From NCBI GenBank assembly GCA_050575255.1, contig JBNZDD010013727.1:1994733-2058732 (forward strand): DNA of 64,000 bases, given 5' to 3'. The stretch is from Harriotta raleighana (lineage: Eukaryota). The notes under the pieces are model-generated. The model made no database searches. It had not been told where the DNA came from and saw nothing but the letters and a program-made list of their open reading frames with translations. This document shows positions 1-13,274 of the stretch, piece by piece. Positions within the stretch are counted from its first letter, which is position 1, and every line of letters starts with the position of its first letter. The translations under genes and the position numbers were made by a program.

Positions 1-110
1 GAGTGCACAGTTTAGTGTTGTTGAGTTTTATAGATGTTTTCTTTTCTGCATTGTTTTGATCCTGCATTGTAAAATTGATGCTTTTGTTTTGTTTTGTTGT
101 GTTCTATAAG

Positions 111-297
111 GGAAAATGGGCAGGGCTATGGGGAATAACAACAACAAATTTTATTTGTATAGTGCCTTTCCCGTTGGAAGGTTGTCCCAAGGGAAAGAAC
201 AGGGAAATGTAACTGATTGGATAGCTCTTGCAAAAAGCTGGCCCAGGCACATTGGGCCAAATGGCCTCATTCTCTGCTGTAATATTCTATGATTCTT
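111..297 (+). mobile_element. CR1/HE1-type 3' end, interrupted by an L2 tail insertion (136-190)
   Basis: ggctatggggaa...gattggatagctcttgcaaaaagctggcccaggcacattgggccaaatggcctcattctctgctgtaatattctatgattct resembles the shark CR1/HE1 3' terminus ending in (ATTCTATG)n; recognised from memory. Confidence 0.75.
136..190 (-). mobile_element. Tail-only L2 insertion with GGGAA target-site duplication
   Basis: (aac)n-aaattttatttgtatagtgcctttcccgttggaaggttgtcccaa is the reverse complement of the L2 3' stem-loop/(TTG)n tail; gggaa occurs at 131-135 and 191-195. Confidence 0.7.
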
Positions 298-1904
298 CAA
301 ATCTATTAAATACCTCAAATTAATAAATTAATTAATCAAACTTATTTTAAACAGCAAAAGAAAAATAGCACAAGAAATGGAACAAAATAAAATGAACATT
401 CATTGATTACATAATCCTCACTAAAGTTGCAAATGTTTTCAAAGTACTCACTCATAAAGCATAGAAGAATTAGTCAATTACATTATAGGAATGGGAAGCT
501 TTGTGTTTGAAAAGAAGCCTTATGTAAAAATGTTTGACCTTGGCTTTCACGATGTAAGGTCATTGTGTCATCACAAGCAAAACATAACACATTGTCTATA
601 AAATGTGTTGAGGAAGCTAACAGTATAAGAACCTGTGGCAATTAAACATCCTTTTGTTGTTTTGCAATATACTGTATTACACTCCTTCTGTGAATGGTAT
701 CATGAACTTTTCGGGCACTGAACATCGCTATGGTGATGAAAGCAACAGGTTTAGGAGTTGAAAAAGCACTAGTTGGGAAAGTGGCAACATAAAAAAGCAC
801 CTGACACTGGAACAGGTGCCTCAGAACACAGTGAAGCTGCTGGAGGGAATTCAGTGCACATCACATCAGTCTACAAGATACCATATCCAGGGAGAGCTTT
901 ATAAGCAATGGTGGTTTCCCAGTGTGAAAACAATTAATGCTACGGTTTTCCCAATGATTGATATTTAAAACCCAATTGAAACAGAAGTTTGAATAAATTA
1001 CTTTTTGTCTTTTAAATTTAATTCAGAAAATATATAATGCCTAATACACAGTAATAAGCAGCATTGTTAACATTTGTAACTAATCATAGGATTCACATAT
1101 AGTAGATATAAATCACTGTAACTTTGCTCTCACTGCTTTTTTGTGATTAAATGAACCACTCATCTCAATAAGTCACTCTCAGTTATCCATTAATCTTAGT
1201 GGGAAGCTATAAGAACAGAAATCAAATTCAGATTACTACAGGTACAACACCATGACAATAAAAAGACATCCTAAACCAACAATACAAAAGTGTTGTTCAA
1301 TTTATTTTGTTCTGTTAAAAAAAGGACAGTTTTATAAAAGAAATAAGAGACATGTTTTATAATACCTCTCTCATGAGCCCAGCATAACTCACTCCCAAAC
1401 CTTTTCAAGTCAACTTTACTTATGGGAATATTTATCAAATGTCATACTGCCCTTATTATATCCTCCATGCCAATAGTGGAAGCACAGTCTGATTGCAGAG
1501 CTGTGAGATTTACTTTGAGTGTGTGGTTAACCTTTCTTATCGCAAAGGCAGTTATTTATTCATCATAAGCCATTTCCACTGAAAAGCTGTTTGGTGTCAC
1601 ATTGGGGCATTAAAAAACACCTACATAAATTCAATCAAACAAAATATTTTGATTTTGACATTGTTTTATCATTGTCATTTATTGATTTATTAACTTAATG
1701 TGCTGATAATACATTTCTAGCATTTATTTATCATATTTGACAATTAAAGTTATAACTTCTGACTTTGCTATGTGGGTCTTACAGTTGTTAATCAGATAAA
1801 CTACCAAGTCCTATAATTTCTTATACTCCTGCAGTATTTATAAACATTCATACTAAAAGATATAATGTGACTTTATCAAGCATCTTCAACAAATTGCAAT
1901 TTTT

Positions 1905-2048
1905 CGTCCACTTCATTGATGTTTGCGGGACATTGCTGTAAGTACGCGGACTGCCACATTCCGTACAGTCACTACACTTCATCTGGCATATTTATGGAAG
2001 TGCTTTGAGGCAACATGACAAGACTTTATATCAAAAGTAAGGATTACA
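1905..2048 (+). mobile_element. Degenerate SINE 3' half
   Basis: gtttgcgggacattgctg...aagtgctttgag...tatatcaaaagtaaggattac matches the tails of other SINE copies in the window. Confidence 0.6.
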
Positions 2049-2184
2049 CTTGATATAAAGTGTACAATTTATAAAGTTTACAATTATAAAATATACAATA
2101 TAATAATTCTTGTATTTGATATAGCACATTTTTACATAATCAAAAATCATTATAAAGTGCTTCACAGCATTTACTGTGAATAAT

Positions 2185-2534
2185 AATTTTAATAAACCTT
2201 GTATTTGATAGAGTGCCTTACCACATCTTTGAGATGTCTCAAAGCACTTCACAGATTATACAGTAAAGTGAATTGACTGCATATTTTGTGGGCGAAATGC
2301 GGCAGACAATTGAGCCCAGTAGTGTTCCACAAAGGTCATGGATTAAGTGACCACATATGTTTTAAAGAATAATTAGGGAAAAACAATCTACGAATCAACT
2401 AACAACTGGGTTCCTACTTACTGCCAGGGCATGTGGAGAAAGGAATCTTGCCCAGTGTTTCGCTATGTCTGGAATCAAATCCAGCTCCTCTCGCTTGCGA
2501 GGCATGTGTTCTAACTGCTGAGCTACAGGACTCC
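2185..2534 (-). mobile_element. tRNA-derived SINE, long subfamily
   Basis: Ends ...ctgagctacaggactcc (reverse complement of the tRNA-like head GGAGTCCTGTAGCTCAG); carries the internal aacaactgggttcctacttactgc segment; SINE tail at the left end. Confidence 0.85.
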
Positions 2535-3729
2535 ACAAACGTATAGACAAATTTTAAAAGTAAGGTTTTATAACGTGCATTTATTCGTAGTTGAATTTTA
2601 AATAAATAAAAAGTGTTGATGTTTTAAATGATAAGGATTATTTACACATGTCACTTGTGCTAACCTCCCCAATGATTTCACTTGTTTTCTTCTAATATTT
2701 TCCACACCTTTAGCCTGTTCATGGTACACAGTCAAAATATTCTGTGCTCACAGTTGAAAGAAATTAAGAATTACTGACAGCTATGAATAACTTCATAGCT
2801 GTAAAAAAAAGTTTCAGCCTATTCTGTGCATTGTAAAGCACAAGCAATGTTTTACAAATGACTTTCCAAAATGTGAAACTAATCTTGTCATAAGATTGGA
2901 AGCTTCATATTGTATTTCAGATGAATGTTTTGCAGCTTATCTATGCGGTGAGTATGTAGATCCATTATTTTTTAAATGAAGTAATAACATATAATAAAAT
3001 CTACTTTTCTCCAAATTATTAACACAATCAATTTCCATTCATGTAATAAACAATCCACTTTCTTAAGCATTCTGGATCTTATTTCTCCTTTCTGTTCCAG
3101 TGCAATCACAATAGAAATCGGTACAGTAGTTTCAAAAAACTTTGGTTTCAAGCAATCCTGAATTTCTCTGAAGATTAAGGAGGAAAAATATCATCTAAAT
3201 GATTGTATTTTCTGAGGAAAATGCCTTGAATTCCAGGGTACATAGAATGAAACAAACATCTTCCATGTGGAATGAACCAAGCATCAAAGTATTTTTTTCA
3301 ATGCGTGGAGGCCCTTTGCAGATGTGGCACTTGTGAGTTAATGAGGTACACCAGTCTCAAACATATGTTCCTGTTCTACTTCTTCACTATATTTTAAAAT
3401 ATAAAAACAGTTTAATTATTTCCATGATCTTTCTCGTTATGTTTTCACCCATGTGGGTGTAGGAGAATTCAAACATAAAACTTCAAGGATCTACAGGGGA
3501 TAAAAAGGCCACTCAAACTTTCTGATGTTATTCTGAGAAGAGTTGTGAGTTCTTACTATCATGTAGCAATTGAGATTAATAGGCAGAAGCTGCGGGTGCT
3601 AGGTATACAACAATACGATATATCAAAAGCAATTAAAATTTCACTGGTTTAACACCAAAAAGATAAAATTTAAATAAGTTAAAAGTCTCAATGTACTGAA
3701 AATATATAGTAGAGTAGAAAAACAGATAG

Positions 3730-4135
3730 GTAAACATGATGACCAAGAGGATGAGTGAATAGACATGATTTTAAAAGGGATTGGAGGTAGAGATAGAAGA
3801 ACGAAGCTGAAGAGATTTTGAGTACAGAAGGGCTGAGTGGCTGAGAGGCAGTCAGATTTAATGAGACAGAATGAATTATGAGGAAGCTATGGACCAGAAA
3901 CAGAAGAATGAAAGTATGGGCAGGAGAATAGGGCTGAAAGAGAGTGAACTTGACAGGGTTAGAGCAAGTGGTGCAAAGTTGTTGGTGAGAATTGAACAAT
4001 ACAACTTTGATATTATTGATATTAAGCTGAAGGAAATTAATTCTCATTCAGGATTTAATGTATCTAAAGCAATGGGTAGGAGAATATGGCTGAAACAAAG
4101 AAGAAAAAAGTGCTTTAATATTAGAAATAGGGATA
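3730..4135 (-). mobile_element. Old L2-like LINE fragment
   Basis: Purine-rich plus strand; atgaccaagaggatgagtgaatagacatgattttaaaaggga resembles the reversed L2 3' end. Confidence 0.4.
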
Positions 4136-4159
4136 ATAAAAAAATCTAAAACTTAATCG

Positions 4160-4495
4160 GTGTATTGAATTGTACACATAGGATTTTGAATACCAAAGTA
4201 AGAAGGCTATGTTGTATCTGTACAAAGCAATGGTTATGCCTCGGGTAACATATTGTGCGTAGTTTTGGGTGCCTGATCATTCAAAATGAAATGGAAGAGG
4301 TCATCAAAGGCTTAAAGTCAAAATATGAATACTATAGATTGACCTAAATTACACTGTATACTTGATGATCAATATTTGGCAGATGAAATTCAGCCTCAAT
4401 AAAAATAACAGAAGATACACTTTAAGAGTATAATTCTTCAGAGAACTGAGGGATATAGCGATGTGTGGTTTCAGAAACAGAACTTTAAAAGTAGG
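4160..4495 (+). mobile_element. CR1 LINE RT C-terminal fragment
   Basis: Translates to ...GFEYQSKKAMLYLYKAMVMPRVTYCA*FWVP, matching the CR1 motif EYKSKEVMLxLYKALVRPHLEYCVQFWSP. Confidence 0.75.
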
Positions 4496-4509
4496 ATTAC
4501 ATGTGGAAC

Positions 4510-4926
4510 TTTCAAGGCCATTCACGGCCTTGCACCCCCTCTTATCTCTCTGTCCTGCTGTCTCCTATGAACCTGCCTACTCCCTCCATTCAGCGGGCTC
4601 CGGTCTGCTCCATGTCCCCTGCCCGATCCTCCCTTCAATCGGTCTACGGGTTTTCAGCCTCTTTGCCCCCACACTCTGGAACTTTATCCCACAGTCCCTT
4701 CACCTCTCTTCCTTCCTTGCCTCTTTCAAGGCTGGTTTCAAGACCCTCCTCTTCGATCATGCCTTCTGCTGCTCTCCCAACTCTCTCCCTCCCCTCCTAA
4801 CTCTCTCCCAACACCTCTCCCCTATCCTGCTCCTCTCCCTTGCTCGAGTCCTGACCTGACTGTTCAGCGCCTTGGGAAGTCCTCCTGGTGTGAATGGTGT
4901 AATAAATGTAATTTTGTTGTTGTTGT
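4510..4926 (+). mobile_element. L2 LINE 3' end
   Basis: ORF-track fragment ...IGLRVFSLFAPTLWNFIP...FKAGFKTLLF (L2 C-terminal GxRAFSxxAPxLWNxLP...FKxxLKTxLF), then a stem-loop and (TTG)n tail. Confidence 0.9.
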
Positions 4927-4934
4927 AATACATC

Positions 4935-5340
4935 TGCCAGGCTTATTCTTCTCTTTGAGTCAGAAATTTGGGGGATCTCGAGTGCATTGTCTAGGCTGAC
5001 ATTCCAGTGCAATGTTGCAGGAGCACTGCATTGTCAAAGGTGTCTTTCATCACATCAAAAACACTTAAAACAAAGTCTGCCGGATCAGGTGCATGTTAAA
5101 TATCCTATGCCACTATTGAAAAAGAGAAGGAAGATTCTCCCAGTGTCATGGGTTTACAATTCTCCAGTTAAAATTGGTCATTCACTTCATGGATGTTTTT
5201 CAGTCATTGCAGTGTCCAAATTGGCTGCCATATTTGACCGCAAATTCATAGGCACTACAATATGCAATGCATTCTTTAAAATGCTTTGAGATATTTTGCT
5301 GATATGATGAGGTTTTATATTAAATGCAAGAATTATTATT
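4935..5340 (+). mobile_element. Old Deu-domain SINE (SacSINE1-like)
   Basis: gagtcagaa...tctaggctgacattccagtgcaatgttgcaggagcactgcattgtcaaaggtgtc...cctatgccactattgaaaaagagaagg resembles the shark Deu-SINE head and body. Confidence 0.7.
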
Positions 5341-5526
5341 AACATCTTAAGCTTTAAAAGGGAAAGCGGGATATTCAATACTCTCCATAGAGATACTGCA
5401 ATCCTGCTTGCCATTACACATAGTGTCTTTGACAAAATGTATTTATTATTAATAAATCTCAATAGCTGACATCATTAAATAACAACCCGATTTCACCCCA
5501 GTTTGAATATAAAAATAAGGTACCAT

Positions 5527-6046
5527 TGTATTGTCATAGTCATCTGAATGGCCTCTTTCTGAGAAGTCAGCTAGTCTGACTTTTTGTATTTTAGTTATCT
5601 GCAAGCTGGCACCTATGCTTTTCCAGACCTCTGGTCAAGGCCCGTGAGCCAGATAAGAAATGTGAGGAAAACAGGTACCAGATGTCTGGTAGACATAGCA
5701 TATCTCGGTTCCGTAAACTAACTCCTTGTAGCAATACCCATTGTCTGGCGACATAGAACTTGTTATGTGGTTCTTGTTGTTGCAAAGGATGCTCTGGTCT
5801 TATCATACCGCTCTAAACTCCAAGGCCACTTGCTGGGGTAAAGGTTCTCACGTGATGTTTTTCTTTAACGGCAAGAGCCTTGTTTTTATTAGTGTATAAG
5901 TACCCATGTATGAAATGATCGGTGTGCACACTTAGAATGAACGGACGAGAGTCTGTACGTACTTAAGGTGTACACCGCTTCGCGAACGCTAAATAAACGT
6001 TGTTGAACTACACACCCGAGTCACATATTTGTGAACAAAACCACCA
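5527..6046 (+). mobile_element. Probable solo LTR (520 bp)
   Basis: Begins TG and ends CA; flanked by ACCAT/ACCAA (5-bp TSD, one mismatch); TATA-like tgtataag at ~5894; AATAAA ~50 bp before the end; locally CpG-rich. Confidence 0.55.
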
Positions 6047-6534
6047 ACCAAGGTATTGAATCAGAATCGAAGTTTCACATTTCTATGCTGCCAACATGTT
6101 ATGGTTTTATGATTCTATAACACTGTGCTCAAATAAGTTATTTATGATTCAGTTCCATAGTTTTGATGGACTCTTCCTTTGACGAGCAATCATGTCTACT
6201 TCTTTGAGTATGCGTTTGTATTATGACTATAATTTAAATAATGCTCAGGAGACTATGTGCTTGAAGAGCTTTGGAGCCTCATATAGACCATTGGGATATG
6301 CAGTATAAAGCTGTATTACTGGGCTCATTTTCTCAAAAGAGTTATCATGTAGCCTCCTATTATTTGCATGCAATGCTGGGAAGCGGCAGACTGGATTTTG
6401 TACTTGTACCAAGTGGAAATCTGCCCATAATACAGTACATAGTTAAAAAGTGAGTGTTTATTTTAGTCAGTGGGAGCAGGGAATCTTTCCACTCAGCTCC
6501 TGTTAACCCTGTAGCCAAAACCCTAACTAACGGG

Positions 6535-6776
6535 GAGGGTAGTCCTAGCTGGACAAGCAGCAGAAAGCTTGGCCAGACAGTGATACCAATAGCAAACAAT
6601 GTGGAATTAGCTGGTTAGACTCCAGCAGTTACCACAACACATTCTGACACACACCCCTCCACCACCAAGCCTTGGCTCCCAGCAACCTGCACCTAATACT
6701 CTCCGGAATTAGGTAAACAGCATGTGTCCCTCCTGGGGAGAGAGAGAGAGAGAGAAAGCATCCCATACCAACAATC
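6535..6776 (+). repeat. Unclassified interspersed repeat, copy 1 of 4
   Basis: Shares ggtagtcctagctggacaagcag, tagctggttagactccagcagt and ccaagccttggctc with copies at ~9897, ~19880 and ~20170. Confidence 0.75.
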
Positions 6777-6777
6777 T

Positions 6778-7064
6778 GGAATCCTGTAGCTCAGTGGCTA
6801 GAGCACTAGCCTTACAAGCAAGAAACCTGGGTTCGATTCAAGGCAGGGCGAAACCTTGCACAAGTTTCCTTACTCCACAAAGATGATAATAATCCCTCAA
6901 AAAGAAACATAATAAATTAGTCATTTCAATCCATGACTGTATGCAATTTGCTGCCGTGTTTGCCCACAAATATACAGTCAATTCACTTTATAGTATATTC
7001 TGTGAAGCACTTTGAGACCTCTAGAAGACATGAAAAGCGCTATATCAAAAACAAGGATTATTAC
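6778..7064 (+). mobile_element. tRNA-derived SINE, short subfamily
   Basis: Head ggaatcctgtagctcagtggctagagcactagccttacaagc...gggttcgattc with A and B boxes; tail aaagcgctatatcaaaaacaaggattatta. Confidence 0.92.
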
Positions 7065-7624
7065 TGTATTAGTATTATAAATCTGAATATGCTATTTGCA
7101 TTACTTTAGGCTTTTAGAGCAAACCCCAGATGATTGAATAAAATGAACATTCTATGTTTTTTTGTTAAAGGAACCTAATTAAGCTGTAAACACTGGAGGC
7201 CCCAAGTGGATGAGGTAATAAGGAGCTTCAATGAGTTGAATAAATAGTGAGGCCAAAATTCAAGGTGTTTAATTTATACAAACAGGATATGTCTATTGCC
7301 AGTTATGTTAAAAAGCTCTACAGATTAGTGGTGTTTTACAACGTTTAGACAATTTGTAGTTTAGTTTCAAATGTATGTACACTTGTGCTCAGTGAGATGT
7401 GGATGAAAACTGTTGGGAATGAAATAGTTTTCCACTTAAAGCACCAACAACAATATGTAGATCAGGCTTTTATCAGTACCTACATTTGTCTTCTTTAATG
7501 AAATAGGCATTTGGGTATACCATGGTTACATATGTTTTTTATTTATTAGGTTGGATAGATATGGCTTAACATAATTTTATGGAGAGTGTGAGAGAAGCTT
7601 TTCTTTTCACTTCATTTGTTCCTG

Positions 7625-7845
7625 CTGTCCTCGCTGGGAGGCAATTGGCAATCAATTTCCTTTCCTTGAGGCTGCACTTCCATGGACATCAATTTTCCTA
7701 GGTCAAAGTGACCACTATTTATGTGCAAGTCTTGACAGTGAGTGGTAACATGTTATTTGACCACAGGCAACATTAGAATCCTGACCTAACAACTACAAAG
7801 GCACACCATCCAGTGTGGGACAATGATCAGTGATCCAATGCAGTT
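7625..7845 (-). mobile_element. LF-SINE-like fragment
   Basis: aagtgaccactattttatgtgcaagtcttgacagtgagtggtaacatgttatttgaccacag resembles the reversed body of the fish LF-SINE-like element. Confidence 0.45.
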
Positions 7846-7867
7846 CTGAGTTGGGGGTTGGGGGGTG

Positions 7868-8135
7868 TTGATTGTCAGAATTGCCCTCCTTCAGATGAAA
7901 TATTACACCAAGGTCCTGTCTTCCTGTTCTGGTGAATGTTAAAGATCCTATGACTATTCAAAAAGAGAAGGGAGTTTTCGCTGCGAGAAACAATCCCTGA
8001 AATAAAATTAGTCATTCATTTCATGGCTGTTTGTGGGACATTGCTCTTTGTATCTGCTGCTGCACTTCACCCCAAAATACACAGTGAAATGCCTTAATGA
8101 CGTGATAAATCAATACACCAAAAGCAAAGATTATT
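7868..8135 (+). mobile_element. Deu-domain SINE fragment with SINE tail
   Basis: attgtcagaattgccctccttcagatgaaatattacaccaaggtcctgtc...gttaaagatcctatgactatt is the Deu core. Confidence 0.7.
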
Positions 8136-8250
8136 AAATGCTATTTGACTTTTCCCTGTAATTTAGCCCTTATTAATCCAGGACACTGGTTCCTTTGTAG
8201 GGCCCTCTTTGTAAACTCAGAGAAGCCCAGACTTGTACATGGAGACTTGT

Positions 8251-8548
8251 GGAGTCCTGTAGCTCAGTGGGTAGGGTACTCGCTTTACAAGCGAAAGACT
8301 TGGGATCAATTCCAGACAGCGTGAAACCTTGGGCAAGTTTCCTTACTCCATAAACCTAGTAATAACCCCCCCAAAATTGGTCATTTCAATCCAAAATGTT
8401 TGTGGGACACTGTGCGCAATTGGCTGCTGCGTTTCACCCACACACAGTATATAAAGTCAACTCTATACAGTATATTTTGTGAAGCGCTTTGAGATGTCTA
8501 GAAGACATGCAAAGTGCTATATCAAATGAAAGGATTATTGTTATTGTT
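8251..8548 (+). mobile_element. tRNA-derived SINE, short subfamily
   Basis: ggagtcctgtagctcagtgg head; gaagcgctttgagatgtc...tatatcaaatgaaaggattatt tail. Confidence 0.92.
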
Positions 8549-9664
8549 ACATTTACTTCGCAGTATGTATTGATGTAATTTGTAATGGATAATCGAACTG
8601 AGACAACCTAACAGCCTTTTTTGAAAATTTGTGTAAATTTATCTCAGGATTTCCTTGAGTGGATGTCAATACAGAATTGTGAAATATAGAACGATGGGAT
8701 GCCTTTCACAATACAATATAATTCAAATTTACATTCAGGTAGTTTCATGTTGGGAAGCAACCCAATGCACTGAAAAGTCTAAGTCCATGTTGGGAGTGGA
8801 GCCCAAGGAAGATGAGGGTTAGGGTTGGGGATGGGGAGGAAGGGGGTGCGAGATGGCCTAAAGTGTGCTTGAAGAGAAGAATTTTGTTTTTACTTTAAAT
8901 TACAGTTCTAAAAGATTCGAAAGAAAAAATACGAGCATTAACCTTAATCTAAAAAGACCAATTTGTGGTTTATGAGTGGTCCCATACTATTGGTTCAATG
9001 TTTCTCATCCTGGAAGCATCATTCTCTGTTCTATTTACTTAACTTAAGCCTTCATATTGATGTAAAATGGAAACAGAATATGTCCCTAAAGTGTAATATT
9101 ATTAGCACCCCAATTAGTCTTTATGATCCTTATGGGATGAATGTAATCTCCTGCTGACACTATTTGGTTTTATCTATGAGTTATTGAATAAAAGCTGTGG
9201 AGCAAAAAGCATTTACTTTCCCATATCTCGCCAAAAATATATCTACAAGGACAAAATACCTCAGCACAAGGATGTCTTAGAGTGGAATTTGAGAGTTTAA
9301 ATGGAGAGAAGGGGCCCAGCTGGGCCCATAATAGTTAGAAAACAGCCTGGGTTAGCTCTTTAAATCTTAATCAATAAAATTAATTAGTCAATGAAGTAAT
9401 AACGGATGAATGAGCGCCCTGCAGTAGGAAATTAAGGATAAGCAAGTGAAGGACAAGTCATAGGTCAAATTCTTCATTTGCTTTACTCTTCTTAATTCTC
9501 TGGAACTGGTTGTACAAGCAGAGCTTGCTATTATTATATAATGTTCGTTGTGACCTCTGTATTTTTAAAAGGCTAAATAAAAGTTCTAGTGACTAATGGA
9601 AAAGAAAAAAAAAGTTATACAAAATTGAAGCATTGCATATTTGTGATCAGACCTCTTTCCAAGT

Positions 9665-9835
9665 CAAATTGATCATTCACTTCATGGCTGTTTGTGGGAC
9701 ATTGCGATGTGTAAATTAGCTACTGTGTTTGCCTGCAAAATACATAGTCACTCTAGTCAACAGTAAATCCTGTGAAGCACTTTGAAATGTGTTGTTGACA
9801 CGATAAGGCATTACTGTATATATCAAATGCATATT
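9665..9835 (+). mobile_element. SINE 3' half
   Basis: cattcacttcatggctgtttgtgggacattg...gtgaagcactttga...tatatcaaatgca. Confidence 0.7.
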
Positions 9836-9896
9836 TATGGTAGACATTATTCTCAAACCGTTCCTTTTAATCCTGGAAGCCAAGGCCATAATGAGT

Positions 9897-10040
9897 ATGG
9901 TAGTCTTAGCTCGACAAGCAGTGGGAATGCTTGTCAGATAGTGTTTTGGATGGCAGCACCCCAGAGTATACTGTAGTGTCCCCAAGTCTTGGCTCTTGCT
10001 AGCCTGCATCTGACACTCTTATGTAAGGAGGATGCATTCA
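9897..10040 (+). repeat. Unclassified interspersed repeat, copy 2
   Basis: ggtagtcttagctcgacaagcagtgggaatgcttgtcagatagtg and ccccaagtcttggctcttgctagcctgcatc match copy 1. Confidence 0.65.
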
Positions 10041-10944
10041 TCTGAGTGTTCAAACTGACAAATTGAATTCTCAGTCTCAATCCCAAACATGGAAATTTCC
10101 ATGTGTAAGGGAGGATGCTTGGAACTCTCACCTTGGCTATTGGTGATGGGTCAGACCTTGTTGACCAAAAAAAAGGAATATTATATTAAAAAAAGTGCAC
10201 TAGTAAAGTGCACTGGAGTCGAATAGTTTCTCCCTAATTTCAAATACTACCTTGAGTTAAAATTAAATGGATAATTTAACTAAGCTGTAAAAAGCGCAGA
10301 AATAATGTATAATAAATGTTGAGATATTAAATTATTCCAGCTCCAAATACATTTTGCAGCAAATATAACACAGTGCAATTGCATTTGAATGTCTGATGTC
10401 CATTCACCATATGTAAATACTCATTTGTGTTCAAAGTCCAATTTTACTGCCCCAAATTTAAAAATATATAGCAATCTGCAACTTGCCCATTACATGAAAT
10501 TTGTTTGTGGTTGACCATTTGGTGTTCCTCTACATTCATTGAAGGTTGTGCATGGCTGCTAGATCCCGAAAAATACATTGTGTTGTCTTATCAGTTTTAA
10601 AATTATTTTGTTATTGGGTCATTTTCAGCACATATTCATTCTCTATTCTATATTTACAATGTTCTTCCTGGAAGAAAGACACATGTTTAAGTCAGTACTT
10701 TCCTCTCCCACCCACAAATAAAAAATGCTTCAAACATGTACCAATGAGAAAAGAAGGATATGCAGCATGAATTTTTGTATCTCGGAGTGACTGACGCAAT
10801 GCATCAATTCAATTGTAAAGCCAAACTGACGAATTGAATTCTCCAAAATAGCCAATGGAGAAGTATTTCTGATGAAGAAGACAATTACCATCTCAATATA
10901 TTGGAGGTTCATACTAGGGTTGAATGAGCAGAAAATATTTTTCC

Positions 10945-11037
10945 TGCAAAATATACAGTCGATTCACTTACAATATATTCTGTGAAGTGTTTTGAAAAAT
11001 TGCAAAGATGCAAAGTGCGAATAATGCAAGGATTATT
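10945..11037 (+). mobile_element. SINE tail fragment
   Basis: aaaatatacagtcgattcacttacaatatattctgtgaagtgttttga...gcaaggattatt. Confidence 0.7.
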
Positions 11038-11044
11038 TTAAGTA

Positions 11045-11364
11045 CAGTAAAAGCCAGTTTATCTGTGACTCGATCAACCGGATTGCTCGACCCCCCTCCC
11101 AGGGCAATTCCCCATTCCAATAATCAAGAGTATGCTCACTTTGAGCATGCATGCAATGCGTGCGCATGAGCACTTGTTAAACTTACAAACTTGGGCTTTT
11201 ACCGATCGGTAAAAAATACTTTTGTACCGATCTTTTTGCTTAGTGTGCTGGAATGCTTTATTGATAAGTATCCATACAATATTCTGTTACTAGTTATACT
11301 ATTATTAATATGGTATTTTTAAAAATAAGTTAATTTTTTGTGCCAAATAAACAGGCTTTTATTG
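11045..11364. mobile_element. Tc1/pogo-type MITE (family A), 320 bp
   Basis: TIRs cagtaaaagccagtttat / ataaacaggcttttattg, flanked by TA; internal sequence shared with copies at 40328, 56458 and 61995. Confidence 0.85.
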
Positions 11365-13274
11365 TAATAGGATACAGATTCCACATCAACTGGCTCCACA
11401 CTTGCAGGAAATGCTTTTATTGTTTAGTATCTTTTTGTTTTACAATATGGTGATCTAAATTAGGGATGGTCAACTGTGCAGCACAGCAGCATGCATGCGG
11501 GCAACAATTTGGTCAACCCTGAACAAAATTATCACATATATTGTTAAATACTTCTAGACTCACAAATAAACAGAAGTTAATACCCACTCTTAACCATTCA
11601 TAACAATTCAGTGGAAGGGTCTAATGTCCATTAAAAGGATAGATTATTTTTGAAGAGCCACACATCTGACTTTCACTAAAAATCTAAAGAGCTGCACTGA
11701 TTTAAACTGGATAAGATTGTATTTTTAACCAAAAGACAAATGTCACTATTATCGCATGGCCGAAGGCACAAAAAATAAACAAGTGTACATTACACACATT
11801 TAGTTTTCATTTGCAACTTAACCCTTGCTTTTGGTTCAAATGACAGTTGAAGGGTTCGTTAAACACAATCACATGGACTAAAGGCACATACTTTTCCTTT
11901 AGGGTATACCTAATGCAAATTTGAACGCTGTTTACATGTTGCAGAAAGTTGAGTTATACAGGACAGAATGAGACTGGTGGCCCCAAGTTGCAAATATTTT
12001 TTATAATAAGTATTCTCCTGGGATCTAAAATGTGATCTTCCCAAACTGTATTTGTTGTGTTGTGACTTCTGGTTTGTTGCGCATAATTTACAGCCAGCAA
12101 AACATGAAATACAAGTTAGCAAAATCCTGTAAAAAAGCCAGCAGGCAAATGTCAGCAAAAATACCTCCATCTTTTATATTTCTCAATCACTACAGTAACA
12201 TGGTAATGTAAAGGTACTGTTGACAACTCGTTTTATCTTCCCATTGATTCTCTACTGTGCTTCCAGAAACTTGAATATCCATAAGAGAAAAATGGACTTA
12301 GTAACAAATATGTGAAATATGTCTATATTTCAGGCTGTAAATAGAATATAGTGCTGTGATGAGCAGAAGATGTTTCAAAAATTCACTCAAGTCCTCAACA
12401 TAGTCACAATTTCATCAATTGCTCATTATGTGATCGAGTCAGTTATGGAACATTTTCACATATTCCCCCAACTTCACGTCCCCTGTCAACTTTCCAAGCA
12501 TTTGAAAGGTGTATGTCATCCTCTCAATTACAGTGGCTTCCTCTCTCATCAATGATTTACACAAAACATAGGTCAGTGTCTCGCTTTCCTTTTTAGAAAT
12601 CATCCATCATCAGACTTTTTCTGTTTGTGTATTTCACAGAATGTTAATGTATTCCTTTGTGAAATACATTCTCTGCAGACTTCTGTTTATATTCATGTGA
12701 AAGGTCCAAGAAAATCCCTATTGACTCCTGTGTAATCTTTCCCATAGCTTCTTTGAATGTGGTGCATGCTAAAAATAACTATAATATTATCGACTTATCT
12801 AAAAGATTTCTTTATATATGTAAGGCAATGCAAATGAAGCACAAGGTGCAATATTTTGATATTACTTTTTTGAATTATTGACTGATTTAGTTGGAGTCTT
12901 CTTTTTCTATAGTTATTGCTCCTGGTTCCTCTGAAATGAAAGTTTCCAAAGTTCAGTTGAGGTTTTTGTTTTACTTTCTGTTCCTACAGAACATTTTGAG
13001 TCTAGAATTGTGACGCATTATCTTGGTTTTCAGTTCAAATCAGTCTGGAATTTTAATTGGTGTTTTATATTTATATATCTATATATATATATTGGCAACG
13101 TCGGTTGCTAATGGGATTTTTCTGAGCGGAAGTTTAGCCAAATGGAATGGTAAACAAAAGCACAGTCATCTTAAAATAGAAAACAATGAAGCTGATGAAG
13201 ATTTATAAAGGTTTGATAACAAAATGAAAATACAACATTTTCAGGACTACTCATTTGGCTTAATTTATCTTTAA

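Noticed and set aside
6778-6850. tRNA-Val-like genes (GGAGTCCTGTAGCTCAG heads with a TAC-like anticodon loop)
   Set aside because: Every instance continues into the SINE body and carries stem-breaking mutations, so these are SINE heads rather than tRNA genes.
12628-12668. Short inverted repeats here, at ~42509-42565 and at ~58255-58304
   Set aside because: Stems of 11-18 bp that are AT-rich and occur at a frequency plausible by chance or slippage in this composition.
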